Positions 41,963-52,800 are shown, counted from the first letter of the stretch. The stretch: DNA of 61,318 nucleotides from a virus (IMGVR_UViG_3300047510_001990:1-61318), one strand, 5' to 3'. The notes: a model not told the origin generated them from the sequence alone. A program made the numbers and translations.

Positions 41963-43031
41963 TATTTCGGAATTCACGGAAAGCCCGATCGTCACTGCCA
42001 TCTACGATGCATACGAGAAACGCTACGCCGCCGAACCAGCGCGCACCTACCTGGGCGCCTCGATCATCGGCAAAGAGTGCGCCCGCGCCCTTTGGTATGA
42101 CTTCCGCTGGGCCAGCAAGGAACGGTTTGACGGCCGCATGTACCGGCTGTTCCAGTCGGGGCACTTAGCCGAGCCGCGCCTTGTGGCTGACCTGCGCGCC
42201 ATCGGTGTCGAGGTCTATGACGTTGATCCGGCCACGGGGCGGCAATTTGGGTTTGCCGACCACGGCGGGCACATGCGCGGCCACATGGACGGGTGCGCTC
42301 GCAATGTCCCGGACGGCGGCCGACAGTGGCATGTGCTGGAGTTCAAGACGCACTCGGAAAAGTCTTTCAAGGATTTGACCAAGAAAGGCGTGGCCGAGGC
42401 CAAGCCGCAGCATTACGCGCAGATGCAGTGGTACATGGGGCAATCCGGCATGGAGCGCGCCCTGTATGTGTCGGTGAATAAAAACTCCGACGAGATATGG
42501 GCCGAGCGCATCAAGTTTGACCGGTTGTATTTCGAGCGCCTTCAGGCCAAAGCCGAAAGCATCATTTTCGCCGCCGAGCCGCCCGCGCGCATCAAGGACG
42601 ACCCCAAGTATTACCTGTGCTCGTGGTGCCCGCACAAAGCGGTATGCCACGGCCACAAGACCCCGGCCCTGTCCTGCCGCACTTGCGTTCATGCCACGCC
42701 CGAGCACCAGGGCGACGGTCGGTGGTCATGCGCGAGCAAAAAGATAGACATTCCGGTGGTGATGCAGCGTACCGGGTGCCCTGAACACCTGCCCCTGCCC
42801 TTCCTTGTCACCTACGCCGACCCGGTGGATGCCGGCGATAGCTGGATCAAGTTTAAGCGCAAGGACAACGGCCGGCCGTTTGTCGTCACCACGGGCAAGG
42901 TGCCTTTCGCGCCCGACGATCTCCCGCTGTATTCCAGCGCGGAAATCAGCGCCGCCGCCGACCACAAGGCTATCTGCGACCAAGACATTGAGATTTTGAG
43001 AACAACATTTGGCGCAACGATTTCAGGTTAA
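41955..43031 (+). CDS. Cas4-like PD-(D/E)XK exonuclease
   Basis: GASIIGKEC.RALWY, GH..E, GHMDG, LEFKT, HYAQMQWYM, CSWC.....C. Confidence 0.85.
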   Translation: MADISEFTESPIVTAIYDAYEKRYAAEPARTYLGASIIGKECARALWYDFRWASKERFDGRMYRLFQSGHLAEPRLVADLRAIGVEVYDVDPATGRQFGFADHGGHMRGHMDGCARNVPDGGRQWHVLEFKTHSEKSFKDLTKKGVAEAKPQHYAQMQWYMGQSGMERALYVSVNKNSDEIWAERIKFDRLYFERLQAKAESIIFAAEPPARIKDDPKYYLCSWCPHKAVCHGHKTPALSCRTCVHATPEHQGDGRWSCASKKIDIPVVMQRTGCPEHLPLPFLVTYADPVDAGDSWIKFKRKDNGRPFVVTTGKVPFAPDDLPLYSSAEISAAADHKAICDQDIEILRTTFGATISG

Positions 43032-43049
43032 TTCAACGAGGAACCGAAG

Positions 43050-43355
43050 ATGCAATACGAAGAACTGGAACAAGCTGTGATTCAGTGGTCGAGCGACCGA
43101 AAGATCATCCCCAACGCGACGCCGGCAAGCCAACTTCTCAAGGCTTTCGAGGAAATGGGCGAGCTGGCGGCAGGCGAGGCCCGCAACAACGCCCCGATGA
43201 TTGCCGACGCCGTGGGCGATGTGCTGGTGTGCCTCATCAATTACTGCGCCCTGCGCGGCATCAGCATGACGAAGTGCCTTGAAGGCGCCTACGAAGAAAT
43301 CAAAGACCGCAAGGGCACGCTCATGCCGAATGGCGTTTTCGTGAAGGAGGCGTAA
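43050..43355 (+). CDS. MazG-like NTP pyrophosphohydrolase
   Basis: QLLKAFEEMGELA...DAVGDVLV...AYEEIKDRKG. Confidence 0.88.
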   Translation: MQYEELEQAVIQWSSDRKIIPNATPASQLLKAFEEMGELAAGEARNNAPMIADAVGDVLVCLINYCALRGISMTKCLEGAYEEIKDRKGTLMPNGVFVKEA

Positions 43356-43360
43356 GGGGA

Positions 43361-43696
43361 ATGAGTGAGGGAATCAACCACGACGCGGCTCAAATCGCCG
43401 CCGACCAAGGAATCTCAAACGCAGCAGATAGCGCAAATCGCGCTTCCCCTGGCTGGATAGGGGAAGCGGCGGAAGCCCTCGGTTGGGCTGCCACTCAACT
43501 GCCGGGAGAATTTACTGTCGAGCAAATGCGCGCGATATGCGAAGCGTTGCCCGATCCGCCTGACTTGAGAGCATGGGGCGCCGCCACGCGCATGGCCACG
43601 CGCAAAGGGTACATCGTCAAGACTGAAAGATTCGCAACTGCCGCGAGTTCCAACAATTCGCCAAAGCCACTGTACCGCCAAGGGGCGTGGCGATGA
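43361..43696 (+). CDS. Hypothetical protein, 111 aa
   Basis: FTVEQMR...PPDLRAWGA. Confidence 0.7.
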   Translation: MSEGINHDAAQIAADQGISNAADSANRASPGWIGEAAEALGWAATQLPGEFTVEQMRAICEALPDPPDLRAWGAATRMATRKGYIVKTERFATAASSNNSPKPLYRQGAWR

Positions 43697-45294
43697 TCTC
43701 CCTCCGCCCCTATCAAACGGCCGCCATCGAGGCGCTCTACGAATACTTCCGGCACAACGAAGGAAACCCCCTCGTGGTGCTACCAACCGGCGCAGGCAAA
43801 AGCCTCACCCTGGCCGCCTTCATCGAGCGCGCCATCCGTGAGTTCCCGACCACCCGGATTGTCGTGCTCACGCACGTCAAGGAGCTGATCGCGCAAGACG
43901 CGGCCGCCATCATTCGCTACTGGCCGGAGTGCCCCATCGGCATCTATTCGGCGGGGGTGGGAGAGAAGAAAAAAGCCCAGGTCACAGTCGCCGGGATTCA
44001 GTCGGTGCATAAGATGCCGGCCAAGTTCGGCGGCACTGATCTGGTCATCGTAGATGAAGCGCACCTCGTGCCGCGCACCGCCGACACCATGTATGGCCGG
44101 TTCCTCGCCGGTCTTACGCACTACAACCCGCACCTCAAGGTGATCGGGCTGACGGCCACGCACTACCGTATGGACTCGGGCCTGCTCACAGAGGGTGATT
44201 GCCGTGTCTTTACCGACGTGGCGTATGAGGCACACGTTGGCGACCTTATCAAGCAGGGCTACCTCTGCCCTTTGGTGGCCAAGAACGGCGCAACCAAGGC
44301 CGATCTAAGCGGCGTGCATACCCGAGGCGGTGAATTTGTCGCCAATGAATTGCAGGCGGCAATGGACAAGGACGATCTGATCGAGGGCGCCTTAAGCGAA
44401 GTCGAGAAATACGCCCACGACCGCAACCACATCCTCGGGTTTTGCGCCGGTATCGACCACGCGGCGCACTGCGCGGCGGCGGCACGTCGCCGGGGCTGGA
44501 CTGCCGACTATGTGAGCGGGGAAATGGCATCCGGCGAGCGTGACGCCAAGATCGCGGCGTTCAAGAGCGGGCAGATTCGGTTTCTTTTTAACGCCATGCT
44601 TTTGACGACTGGCTTCGATTTTCCCTCGATCGACTGCATCGTGATGCTGCGCCCCACCAAGTCGGTGGGCCTGTATGTGCAGATTATGGGGCGCGGGCTG
44701 CGCAAGGACGGCAAGAAAGAGAACACCCTTGTCCTGGACTTCGCTGGCAACGTCGAGCGCCACGGGCCGATCGACCAAATCCGCATTAAGAGGAAGCGCG
44801 AGAAGGACGAGGACGCGGTTTCGGTGGCGCCTGTCAAAGAGTGCCCCGAGTGTCACGAGCTTGTGCATACCTCGGTGATGATCTGCCCAGGCTGCGAATA
44901 CCAGTGGGAAGTGAAGCCCTCTCACGGCACTGAAGCATCGGAGGCGGTGATTGTTGCCGCCCTTCAAAAGCCGCGCCGGTATCCGCTTACCGATATGTAT
45001 TTCACGCCTCACCAGAAGCCCGGCAAGAAGCCCACGGTGAAAGTGACGTATGTAAGCGGGCTGGCAAAGTTTTTCGAGTGGCTACCCATCGAGGACGAGC
45101 GTGATTTTGTTCGCAAGCACGCCGTGACGTGGTGTTGGAAACGCGGATTGACGTGCCCTAACACGGTGGATGAGTTTTTGAACTTGATTGAACGGGGTGT
45201 GTTGAGGCCGCCCGTTCCGACTTTTTTCACGGTCAAGCTCGATGGCAAGTTTTGGAAGATTGTGGATTTTGAGTATGAAAAGGAAACCGCATGA
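43693..45294 (+). CDS. SF2 DEAH helicase (RadD/YejH-like) with Zn ribbon
   Basis: LRPYQ, PTGAGKS, DEAH, GLTAT, TTGFDFP, QIMGRGLR, CPEC..CPGC. Confidence 0.93.
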   Translation: MISLRPYQTAAIEALYEYFRHNEGNPLVVLPTGAGKSLTLAAFIERAIREFPTTRIVVLTHVKELIAQDAAAIIRYWPECPIGIYSAGVGEKKKAQVTVAGIQSVHKMPAKFGGTDLVIVDEAHLVPRTADTMYGRFLAGLTHYNPHLKVIGLTATHYRMDSGLLTEGDCRVFTDVAYEAHVGDLIKQGYLCPLVAKNGATKADLSGVHTRGGEFVANELQAAMDKDDLIEGALSEVEKYAHDRNHILGFCAGIDHAAHCAAAARRRGWTADYVSGEMASGERDAKIAAFKSGQIRFLFNAMLLTTGFDFPSIDCIVMLRPTKSVGLYVQIMGRGLRKDGKKENTLVLDFAGNVERHGPIDQIRIKRKREKDEDAVSVAPVKECPECHELVHTSVMICPGCEYQWEVKPSHGTEASEAVIVAALQKPRRYPLTDMYFTPHQKPGKKPTVKVTYVSGLAKFFEWLPIEDERDFVRKHAVTWCWKRGLTCPNTVDEFLNLIERGVLRPPVPTFFTVKLDGKFWKIVDFEYEKETA

Positions 45295-45527
45295 ACATTC
45301 AAACCTTGAGAGAAGGGCTGCAATACAAAACGAAGATTGAGATTGCCACCCGCATGTCGGAACTGCGCGCCGAACTGAATTTCCTCGGGCAGATCAACAC
45401 CGGCTGCGGCACCTGCCAGCACTTCGTCGCCGGGCGGGTGTGTGAGCTGGCCGGGCACGTCGAGCCACCGGCCGAGATCAAGAAGGCGGGCTGCCCGTCG
45501 TGGCTTTGGGACGGGATACCTTTTTGA
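45291..45527 (+). CDS. Cys-rich small protein, 78 aa
   Basis: CGTCQHF...C....GCPSW..DGIPF. Confidence 0.7.
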   Translation: MNIQTLREGLQYKTKIEIATRMSELRAELNFLGQINTGCGTCQHFVAGRVCELAGHVEPPAEIKKAGCPSWLWDGIPF

Positions 45528-45769
45528 TGGCCCCCGACCGCATCTACAACTGGCTGGACAGCCAACTATCCATTGCCCGCTTCTACGGGGGCATCCAATA
45601 CAACGGCACGCGCTACGTCATCGCGCACGACGAGGAAGGGCAACCGCTTGTCAGGTGGGATGTACTGAAGGCCGAGGCAAAGGCCAAGGCAAAGAAGCCA
45701 AAACAGGTTATTGATGACACGCAGGGAGGGTTGTTTGATGAGCATCGAAGCAATAAAGCAGGCGCTTGA
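45527..45769 (+). CDS. Hypothetical protein
   Basis: TGATG coupling; SQLSIARFYGGIQYNG. Confidence 0.7.
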   Translation: MAPDRIYNWLDSQLSIARFYGGIQYNGTRYVIAHDEEGQPLVRWDVLKAEAKAKAKKPKQVIDDTQGGLFDEHRSNKAGA

Positions 45770-46181
45770 GGCGTTGGAATCAGTTGAGCCGTGGGCGGTC
45801 GGAGATCATGACCCGTTCGCTGAAGCCATCACCGCCCTCCGCGCCGCCATAGCCGAGGCAGTCATGCAGCGGCTTACGGATGTGCACCAGGAGATGGGGC
45901 AGAAGCCGGTGGCGTGGAAAGTGGCGGGTGAAGTATCTAACTGGGCAAAAGACTTTAGCGCGTATCAGACAAAAACATATGTGGAGCCTGTCTACACCCA
46001 CCCACCCCGCCGCGAGTGGGTTGGGCTGACGGAAGTTGCTCCGAGTGTTGAGCAACTAGACCAGATCATTGATCTTCTTGCGAGAACCCATGTGCGTATA
46101 TCCGCCAGAGAACTGTTGCGCGTTTGGATTGTGGCTTACACCCGCGCAATCGAAGCCAAGCTGAAGGAGAAGAACTCGTGA
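45738..46181 (+). CDS. Hypothetical mosaic early protein
   Basis: KQALEALE, KPVAW, PVYTHP, EWVGLT, RAIEAKLKEKN. Confidence 0.75.
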   Translation: MSIEAIKQALEALESVEPWAVGDHDPFAEAITALRAAIAEAVMQRLTDVHQEMGQKPVAWKVAGEVSNWAKDFSAYQTKTYVEPVYTHPPRREWVGLTEVAPSVEQLDQIIDLLARTHVRISARELLRVWIVAYTRAIEAKLKEKNS

Positions 46182-46915
46182 GCCGCGTTGTCTCGTGGTT
46201 TTCCTGCGGCGCCGCCAGCGCAGTCGCCACAAAGCTGACCGCCCCGGACGTGATCGCCTACTGCGACACCGGCGCCGAGGATGAGGACAATCTGCGATTC
46301 ATGCGTGACTGCGAACAATGGTTTGGCAAACCCGTTACGCCCCTGAAAAACGAGAAGTGGGCCGACACTTGGGAAGTGTGGGAAAAGCGGCGATTCTTGA
46401 GCGGGCACAAGGGCGCGCCATGCACCGGAGAACTAAAAGTGGCGCCTCGCTTGCTGTTTCAGCAGCCGGACGACGTTCATGTGTTTGGCTACACCGCTGA
46501 CGCGAACGACGTGCAACGAGCCGATGCACTGCGCGAGCACTGGCCGGAGCTTCGCATCGTCACGCCGTTGATCGACCGGGGCATCACCAAAGCCGCGTGC
46601 CTTGCGATGATTGAGAACGCTGGCATTGCCCCGCCTCGCGTCTATGCGATGGGCTTTCAAAACGCCAACTGCATCCCGTGCGTGAAGGCCACCAGCCCCG
46701 CGTATTGGGCGCTAGTCAGGCAAGAATTCCCGATGCAGTTTCACCGCATGGCCGATCTGTCGCGCAGTCTCAATGCCCGATTGAGCCGCATCGACGATGT
46801 GCGGATATTCATTGATGAGATACCCACCAACCATCCAACAACTGAACCGCTTGCGCCGGAGTGTGATTTTTTGTGCTCGTTGGCAGAGCAGGAATTTGAG
46901 GAAGCAAACACATGA
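46178..46915 (+). CDS. PAPS-reductase-like (PP-loop) protein
   Basis: SWFSCGAASAVA, APCTGELK, GFQNANCIPCVK; AAGGAG SD. Confidence 0.8.
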   Translation: MSRVVSWFSCGAASAVATKLTAPDVIAYCDTGAEDEDNLRFMRDCEQWFGKPVTPLKNEKWADTWEVWEKRRFLSGHKGAPCTGELKVAPRLLFQQPDDVHVFGYTADANDVQRADALREHWPELRIVTPLIDRGITKAACLAMIENAGIAPPRVYAMGFQNANCIPCVKATSPAYWALVRQEFPMQFHRMADLSRSLNARLSRIDDVRIFIDEIPTNHPTTEPLAPECDFLCSLAEQEFEEANT

Positions 46916-47259
46916 CCTTCAAGTGCCCAGACAAATACCGCGTGGTGATTCCACAATTCGGCCCCGGCGATGCAACGAATGGCGTCTTTCGCGTGCCGCT
47001 GAAGCACAACCAGATCGTCATGGTGCAGGCCAGCAACGGCATGGGCTGGGAGCATGTCAGCGTGAGTCGCCGCGACCGCACTCCAACGTGGGACGAAATG
47101 TGCCAAGTCAAAGCCCTGTTCTGGGACGACGAGGATTGCGTGGTGCAGTACCACCCGCCCAAGTCAGAATACATCAACAACCATCCACATTGCCTGCACC
47201 TGTGGCGGCCCATGGAGGGCATCTTGCCGAGGCCACCTAAGATCATGGTGGGGGTTTAG
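46912..47259 (+). CDS. Conserved phage protein, 115 aa
   Basis: GWEHVSVS...PTWDEMCQVK.LFW...HPHCLHLWRP. Confidence 0.8.
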   Translation: MTFKCPDKYRVVIPQFGPGDATNGVFRVPLKHNQIVMVQASNGMGWEHVSVSRRDRTPTWDEMCQVKALFWDDEDCVVQYHPPKSEYINNHPHCLHLWRPMEGILPRPPKIMVGV

Positions 47260-47261
47260 GA

Positions 47262-47963
47262 ATGACGCCTCTAATACGTGAATGGGTGAAAGCCTATGCC
47301 ATGACTGGCGGCGATCCCGCCGATGGGATGTGGTTTGACATCAGCGGTGCGTTGCACCGAGCTGATGTGCCTGCGCTAAACCTGACCATGCAAGAGTCAC
47401 GCCCACCATTTAATCATTGCTTCGTGGCGTGCCAAGGTAAGAAAGAAAACGCTAGCCATGAAGTGATGATGCTTGTTATGGGCGAGGATCCAGCCGAGGC
47501 AATCGTGGTGTCTGCCCGCATCAAGATCGGCAACAAGCAACGACAGTTGCCAAAGCTGATGTACCAAGTACGCGACGGCCAGATATTTGCCGAGGCGTAT
47601 GAAGGTGAAATGACCCGCGACGACAAGGAAATGGTGCTGCGGTTGCTGGCGCTTTGGTACGGCGCACTCGCTCAAGGCAGGGAAGGTTATCGGGCCACGA
47701 TCAAGCAATCATTCACGAGCCGTCGATTGCAGGCCAAGGGCAAGCCACCGCTTTTCGACTGGCACACGGTCAAGATCGAGCCGTCCCAGCCAAAGACAGC
47801 GCACCAAGGTGGCACGCACGCCACCCCAAGGTTGCACGACCGGCGCGGCCACATCCGGCGCTTGCCCAATGGCAAGACATGCTGGGTCAAAGCCTGCAAG
47901 GTGGGTGACGCCAGCAATGGCGTGGTGTTTAAGGATTACGAGGTGGTGGGGGGCAAAGGGTGA
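47262..47963 (+). CDS. Conserved hypothetical protein, 233 aa
   Basis: C-terminal HATPRLHDRRGHIRR...WVKACKVG motif. Confidence 0.75.
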   Translation: MTPLIREWVKAYAMTGGDPADGMWFDISGALHRADVPALNLTMQESRPPFNHCFVACQGKKENASHEVMMLVMGEDPAEAIVVSARIKIGNKQRQLPKLMYQVRDGQIFAEAYEGEMTRDDKEMVLRLLALWYGALAQGREGYRATIKQSFTSRRLQAKGKPPLFDWHTVKIEPSQPKTAHQGGTHATPRLHDRRGHIRRLPNGKTCWVKACKVGDASNGVVFKDYEVVGGKG

Positions 47964-48298
47964 TCCTCCCCCGCCTTATCCGCCTGCGCGACGCGCCGGC
48001 CTACCTCGGGGTGGATCGCAACCGCTTCAATGCGGAGATTCGCCCCACCCTGATCGAAGTGCCGATCGGCACCCAGGGCATCGCCTTCGACCGCGTTGAC
48101 TTGGATCGCTGGGCCGACGACTATATCAGCCGGAATGGTCGCGCCCCAGGCCGCAAAGGAGACACATGGGGCACAAGCGTATGCCAGGACTCCGGCTTGT
48201 CGGAGACACTTGGCACATCCAGAAACGGGTCAGAGGCTATGGCCCGCTTCGAGAGAGCACGAAAGCAAGCACGCTCGAAGAAGCCGAACGCTACCTAG
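47960..48298 (+). CDS. Putative excisionase
   Basis: RLIRLRDAPAYLGVDR...FDRVDLDRWAD; overlaps integrase start. Confidence 0.7.
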   Translation: MILPRLIRLRDAPAYLGVDRNRFNAEIRPTLIEVPIGTQGIAFDRVDLDRWADDYISRNGRAPGRKGDTWGTSVCQDSGLSETLGTSRNGSEAMARFERARKQARSKKPNAT

Positions 48299-49350
48299 TC
48301 AGGCGACTTGAGCAAATCCGGCAACAAACGGTCTATGGTGTCCGTCCGACGCGCTACTTCGCAGACGCGGCCGCCAAATTCATTCAAGAAGATGCCACCA
48401 AGGGCAACGCCGACAACGCTTCATGGCTGGAACAGGCCGTGGCGCACGTCGGCACCTTGCCCCTATCCAACATCCACGATGAAACCCTCAAGCCGTTTGT
48501 GGCGTGGTGCCGGGCACGCGGCAACAAGAACAAGTCGATCAACAACAAGCTGGGCGTGGTGCGGCGCGTGCTGAATCTGGCCGCCCGCCGTTGGCGAGAT
48601 CCGGTGACTGGCCTCACTTGGCTGGAAACCCCGCCGCTGCTGACCATGCTACCGGGCAACGACTCCCGCGACCCGTACCCAATAAGCTGGAAAGAGCAGG
48701 CCCACCTGTTCCCCCTGCTGCCCGCGCACCTGCAACCGATGGCGCTGTTCATGGTGCATACGGGCGCCCGCGACGAAGAATGCTGCGGCCTGCGGTGGGA
48801 TCAGGAACAAGAGGTCGAGGAACTTGGCGCGTCGGTGTTTGTGCTGACCGACACCAAGAACGGGCAAGACCGGGTGATCGTGCTGAACGCCGTGGCGCGG
48901 CGAGTGATCGAGGCGCAGCGGGGCAAGCACCGCACCTGGGTATTCCCGTACCGGGGCCAGCGGGTCGAAACCATGAATAACACCGGCTGGCAAAACGCCC
49001 GCAAGAAGGCGACGACCAAGTACCGGGAGGTATTCGACCGTGACGCGCCCGAGGGCTTTCGCACCCTGCACGTCCATGACTTGCGCCATACGTTCGGGCG
49101 CCGGCTGCGGGCGGTCGGGGTGGGCAACGAAACCCGGCAGGACTTGCTCGGGCACAAGAACGGCAACATCACCACTCACTACTCAGCCGCCGAACTGCTG
49201 GAGCTGTACCGGGCCGTGGAGAAGATCGAGGCGGGCGCCAGTGCCCCGCTGCTGCAAAGTGTGCAGAAAACGTGCAGCGGGACAAAAGAAAAGGGGCCAG
49301 CGATCAACGCTAACCCCATGATTGTGAATGGCGCGCCCGGCAGGATTTGA
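48166..49350 (+). CDS. int: Tyrosine integrase
   Basis: HTGAR, TKNG, HDLRHTFG, LLGH, TTHY; AAGGAG SD. Confidence 0.95.
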   Translation: MGHKRMPGLRLVGDTWHIQKRVRGYGPLRESTKASTLEEAERYLVRRLEQIRQQTVYGVRPTRYFADAAAKFIQEDATKGNADNASWLEQAVAHVGTLPLSNIHDETLKPFVAWCRARGNKNKSINNKLGVVRRVLNLAARRWRDPVTGLTWLETPPLLTMLPGNDSRDPYPISWKEQAHLFPLLPAHLQPMALFMVHTGARDEECCGLRWDQEQEVEELGASVFVLTDTKNGQDRVIVLNAVARRVIEAQRGKHRTWVFPYRGQRVETMNNTGWQNARKKATTKYREVFDRDAPEGFRTLHVHDLRHTFGRRLRAVGVGNETRQDLLGHKNGNITTHYSAAELLELYRAVEKIEAGASAPLLQSVQKTCSGTKEKGPAINANPMIVNGAPGRI

Positions 49351-49487
49351 ACCCACGACCCCCTGGTTCGTAGAAAAGCCGTCACACACTAACCCATTGA
49401 TTTAATAACTGGCCTATGGGCGCCGACCATTCCGATTTGCAGCATTTTGCACAACCGCGCAGCACTCAACGTGCAGAAAGTGTGCAG
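49256..49487. promoter_or_regulatory. attP arm-type sites and IHF sites
   Basis: AAAGTGTGCAG (49256, 49477) and AACGTGCAG (49269, 49468) flank the core; IHF consensus TAACCCATTGATT 49390-49402, near-match 49311. Confidence 0.7.
49329..49373 (-). other. attP core: 45-bp 3' half of tRNA-Arg(ACG)
   Basis: Minus strand CTACGAACCAGGGGGTCGTGGGTTCAAATCCTGCCGGGCGCGCCA (anticodon loop to CCA); no 5' half present. Confidence 0.9.
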
Positions 49488-49573
49488 GGCTTTTCTTGGT
49501 ATACGGCTTGCTTTGCACTAAATAAGATCGAAAAAAAATAGGCGGAATCCTGACAACATTACAGCTTATTGCG

Positions 49574-49810
49574 ATGCCATATTCACTCATCCCAACCCCG
49601 TTTATTGAGTTGATCCTCAACGACACCGAACACCCGCACGCGGAACAGGCGATTGATGAACTCAACCGCCTGCGTGCCGCGCAGTGTCACCTCATGACGC
49701 ACTTGAGAAGCACCAAAATGCAGACCGATGCCTGCATTTCGTGCGTCCAGCCATTACTCGATGGTGTCCAACCCCTCTGCCACCCGCCCCCGCATCTCCC
49801 TGGGGGCTGA
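49574..49810 (+). CDS. Possible small ORF next to attP
   Basis: Plausible helical N-half but no clear SD; overlaps the end of the giant gene. Confidence 0.35.
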   Translation: MPYSLIPTPFIELILNDTEHPHAEQAIDELNRLRAAQCHLMTHLRSTKMQTDACISCVQPLLDGVQPLCHPPPHLPGG

Positions 49811-52800
49811 CTTGAGCACTCTGGTTTCCTTGTCCAAGCCCTGATTGCGGATCCGCACCTTGATCTGCGCGCCAGTGATCTGGATGGGTGTGTCCGGGTT
49901 CGCCCGGTTCCACTCATTCAGTCTCGCCTGCGCCTTGTCGATCATGGCCTGATCCTTGTCGGTGATGCCCCGCACCCACTGGTCGAGGATGGCCGATTCG
50001 GTGCGGCGTTGCAGCGCCACGTCCTGCTGAATCGGCATCGTCTTGCGGGTGAGCTGGGCAACGGTCGTGGGGTTGAAACCGACTGACTTGATGGCCGCTT
50101 CGCCGGCTGTCACCTCGGTCGTCTTGCGGCCTACCGCGTCGGTCGCGTAGCCCTTGTCGGCCATATCAAGACCGGACAGCACATCCTTGACGGCTTTCGG
50201 GGCAAGGTTGGTGAGCGCCTTCTTGGTGTTGCCCTCGGTAAATGCCTCGTAGGCGTCGCCAATCTGCGTTGCCATGCCGGCCGCCGGCCCGAAGATTTCG
50301 GCCACGTTGCGGCTCATCAATTCCTTGTCCGAGGGTTTCAGGATGCCGGTGCCTGGAATCAGATTGCCCACGCCCAGGCGGCCGGCCACGTCGAGGGGCA
50401 GTTGCGAGGAAATGCCGTACAGAAACAGGTCGCCCCCGGTCTTGCCAAGAATCTCGTGGGCCAGCCGGCGCTTATTGCGGCGCATGTTGGTATCCAGCCC
50501 GAACATTTGCCCGATGGTGTCGATCAAGTCATCGAGGTCTTGGGCGAATGGCAAGCCTTCCTCGCCAGCGGCCAGCATCAGCACAGCCAGCATCATCAGC
50601 GCCGCCCGCTTGCCTTCCGGCCCGCCGCGCTTCCACATGCGGGACAGCAGTTCGACGTACATGATGCTGAACTGCTTGAAGGTGAGCAGGGTTCGGCCAA
50701 AGGTGCCTCGCGCCCAATTGGGGCGATTCACCTTGTTGTAGATGCCCTGCGTTTCATTCACCGCCCGGACGGCAAACGCGAAGGGGTCTTTCTCGCCCTT
50801 GGCCTTGGCCACTTCCCACGCGGCAATGAACGTGAGCTTGCGGTTGAATTTTTCCGCCAGCGAGAACATCGACCCCCACAGGGTCAGGAAGGCATTGATC
50901 CGGGCGCGGGCGCTTTCGCTCCCGGCCTTGATCTTGCCGCCCAAACCCGGAATCTTGGCCAGCGTATTGGCAAGGCCCGATGCCACGCTCTGCGCACCCT
51001 GGCTATACAGGTGGAAGATTTCCTGAGCATCGACCACGCCCTCTTGGCTGGCGCGCTTGAGTGCGTCGCGCAGTTCGGTGTCGGTGATCTGCTTCTTGCC
51101 CAGCGCATACGGCATCGCCTTGGCAATCGCGGCGGTCGCCCGGCCCACGCCATGCTGCGACAGATACGGCGCCGTCATCATGATCGGCTGCGTCATATTG
51201 ACCATTGCCGCCGCCACCGACCCCCCGAGGAACCACGCGAACATCACCGACGAAATAGGCGCACCGGGGTCGTTGGGGTCATTCATGAACTTCTTGAGGC
51301 TCATCGCCTCATCCAGCACGTCGCCCTTTTCCTTCGGAATGAACTTGATGGCGTTGTTCAGGTCGCGCAGGTAGTAGCGTTGCGCCGCGAACCGGGCATT
51401 GCTGGTGATGAAGTTGGACAGCACGCGCGGCATGTCCTCGCTGAAGCCGGCGGTGCCCTTACGCTCCAGCCTGCGCTTGAGAGCCGATCGCTCAGACAGG
51501 GCAAGCTGGTAATACTTCTTAATCGTGTCCCCGGCGCCGATGGCATCGGAGAACAGCGCCAGCGTTTCGGGCGAGATCCCGGCATACAGCTCGTGCGCGG
51601 TCTGGCTCTTGACCCCGGTTGTCACGCGCAGATCGTCGCGGTCTTTGTAAAGCGCCTGCTTCTCGTTGCGAACGGAGATCGCCTCGCCCTCGGTTTCGTA
51701 CTGGCCATAAAACTCGGTGAGCGAATCCCCGTTTTCATCGCGCAGCAAGTTGCCAGTCTCGGGGTCGATGGCCTGCACCGTCACCGTGTATTTGCCGAAC
51801 CGCATCAAGGGCGCGTAGCCGGCCGCCTTCAGGTTCTTAGCCGTGGTGAAAATCTTATCCACGGTACGCTGGGTGTTGATGTAAGCCTCCAAGCTCGCCT
51901 CAAGCTGCGCCTTCTGCTCCTCGTTGCCGGCGGTTTCGGCTGACTTGATTGCCGCCTTGAGCATCTTGATCTGCTTACCCAGCTCCATCGCCAACACGGC
52001 TGGGGCCGATTGCGGGTTGTCGATCAAGCCGCGCCGGATGACCTTGGGCACGAACCCCTGCGCCATTGAGAAAGCCTCGGCGGCGGCAAGCTCGTCCAAG
52101 CTGGCGTCGATGGCTGCGCGCGCCTGTTTGTAGAGCGCGATCCCGGTGTCGGTCAGCTTAAACTGGTTGCGCAAGTCGTCATCGCTGAACACCTTGCCCT
52201 GCATCACGTCCTTGCCGTACAGCGTGCCGGCAAAAATTGCCTTGGTGGCACCGTCAATGTCGGCGTTCGCCTGCTTACCCTTCCACACGGTTTTCAGGGC
52301 CGACTTCACGTCATCCACGCGGGGAAGCACGCCGGGGGCCAATTCAGCGGGCCGGATGGCGGCAATCGACACATGGTTCTGCATCGCGTTGGCAAAGCCG
52401 AACACGCGCCCATAGTCGCGGTCTTTCAGCGCCTTGTGATACTGCGTCGAAAGGGTCTTGTTGAACGCGCCAAACGTCTTGAGGCTTTCATTTCGGTTGC
52501 CGAAAAACTGCACGACGTTGTTTTGCACCTTGCGGGCAATGTCGTTGTAGGTCTGCTCGCCCACCGTCGCCCCGGTCACGTCCTCCGCCACACGCTCGGC
52601 CATCATCATGGCGCCCGGCTGGAACACGCCCTCGCCCTTCATCACGGCATCCAGCGCCTTCAGAATCGTCGCATCGGAGCGCAGGCCGAACACCGCTTTG
52701 GCGCGCTGCATGAACTCCTTGAACCACTGGATTGCCGTCTTGACCCACGAACCCTTGGCAGCAAACCGGCCGGATAAGATGCTGGTGGCATTGACCGCCC

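Noticed and set aside
41131-43031. CRISPR array with cas4
   Set aside because: No regular repeat-spacer periodicity and no cas1/cas2
49329-49373. Complete tRNA-Arg gene
   Set aside because: Only the anticodon loop to CCA is present; it is the attP core
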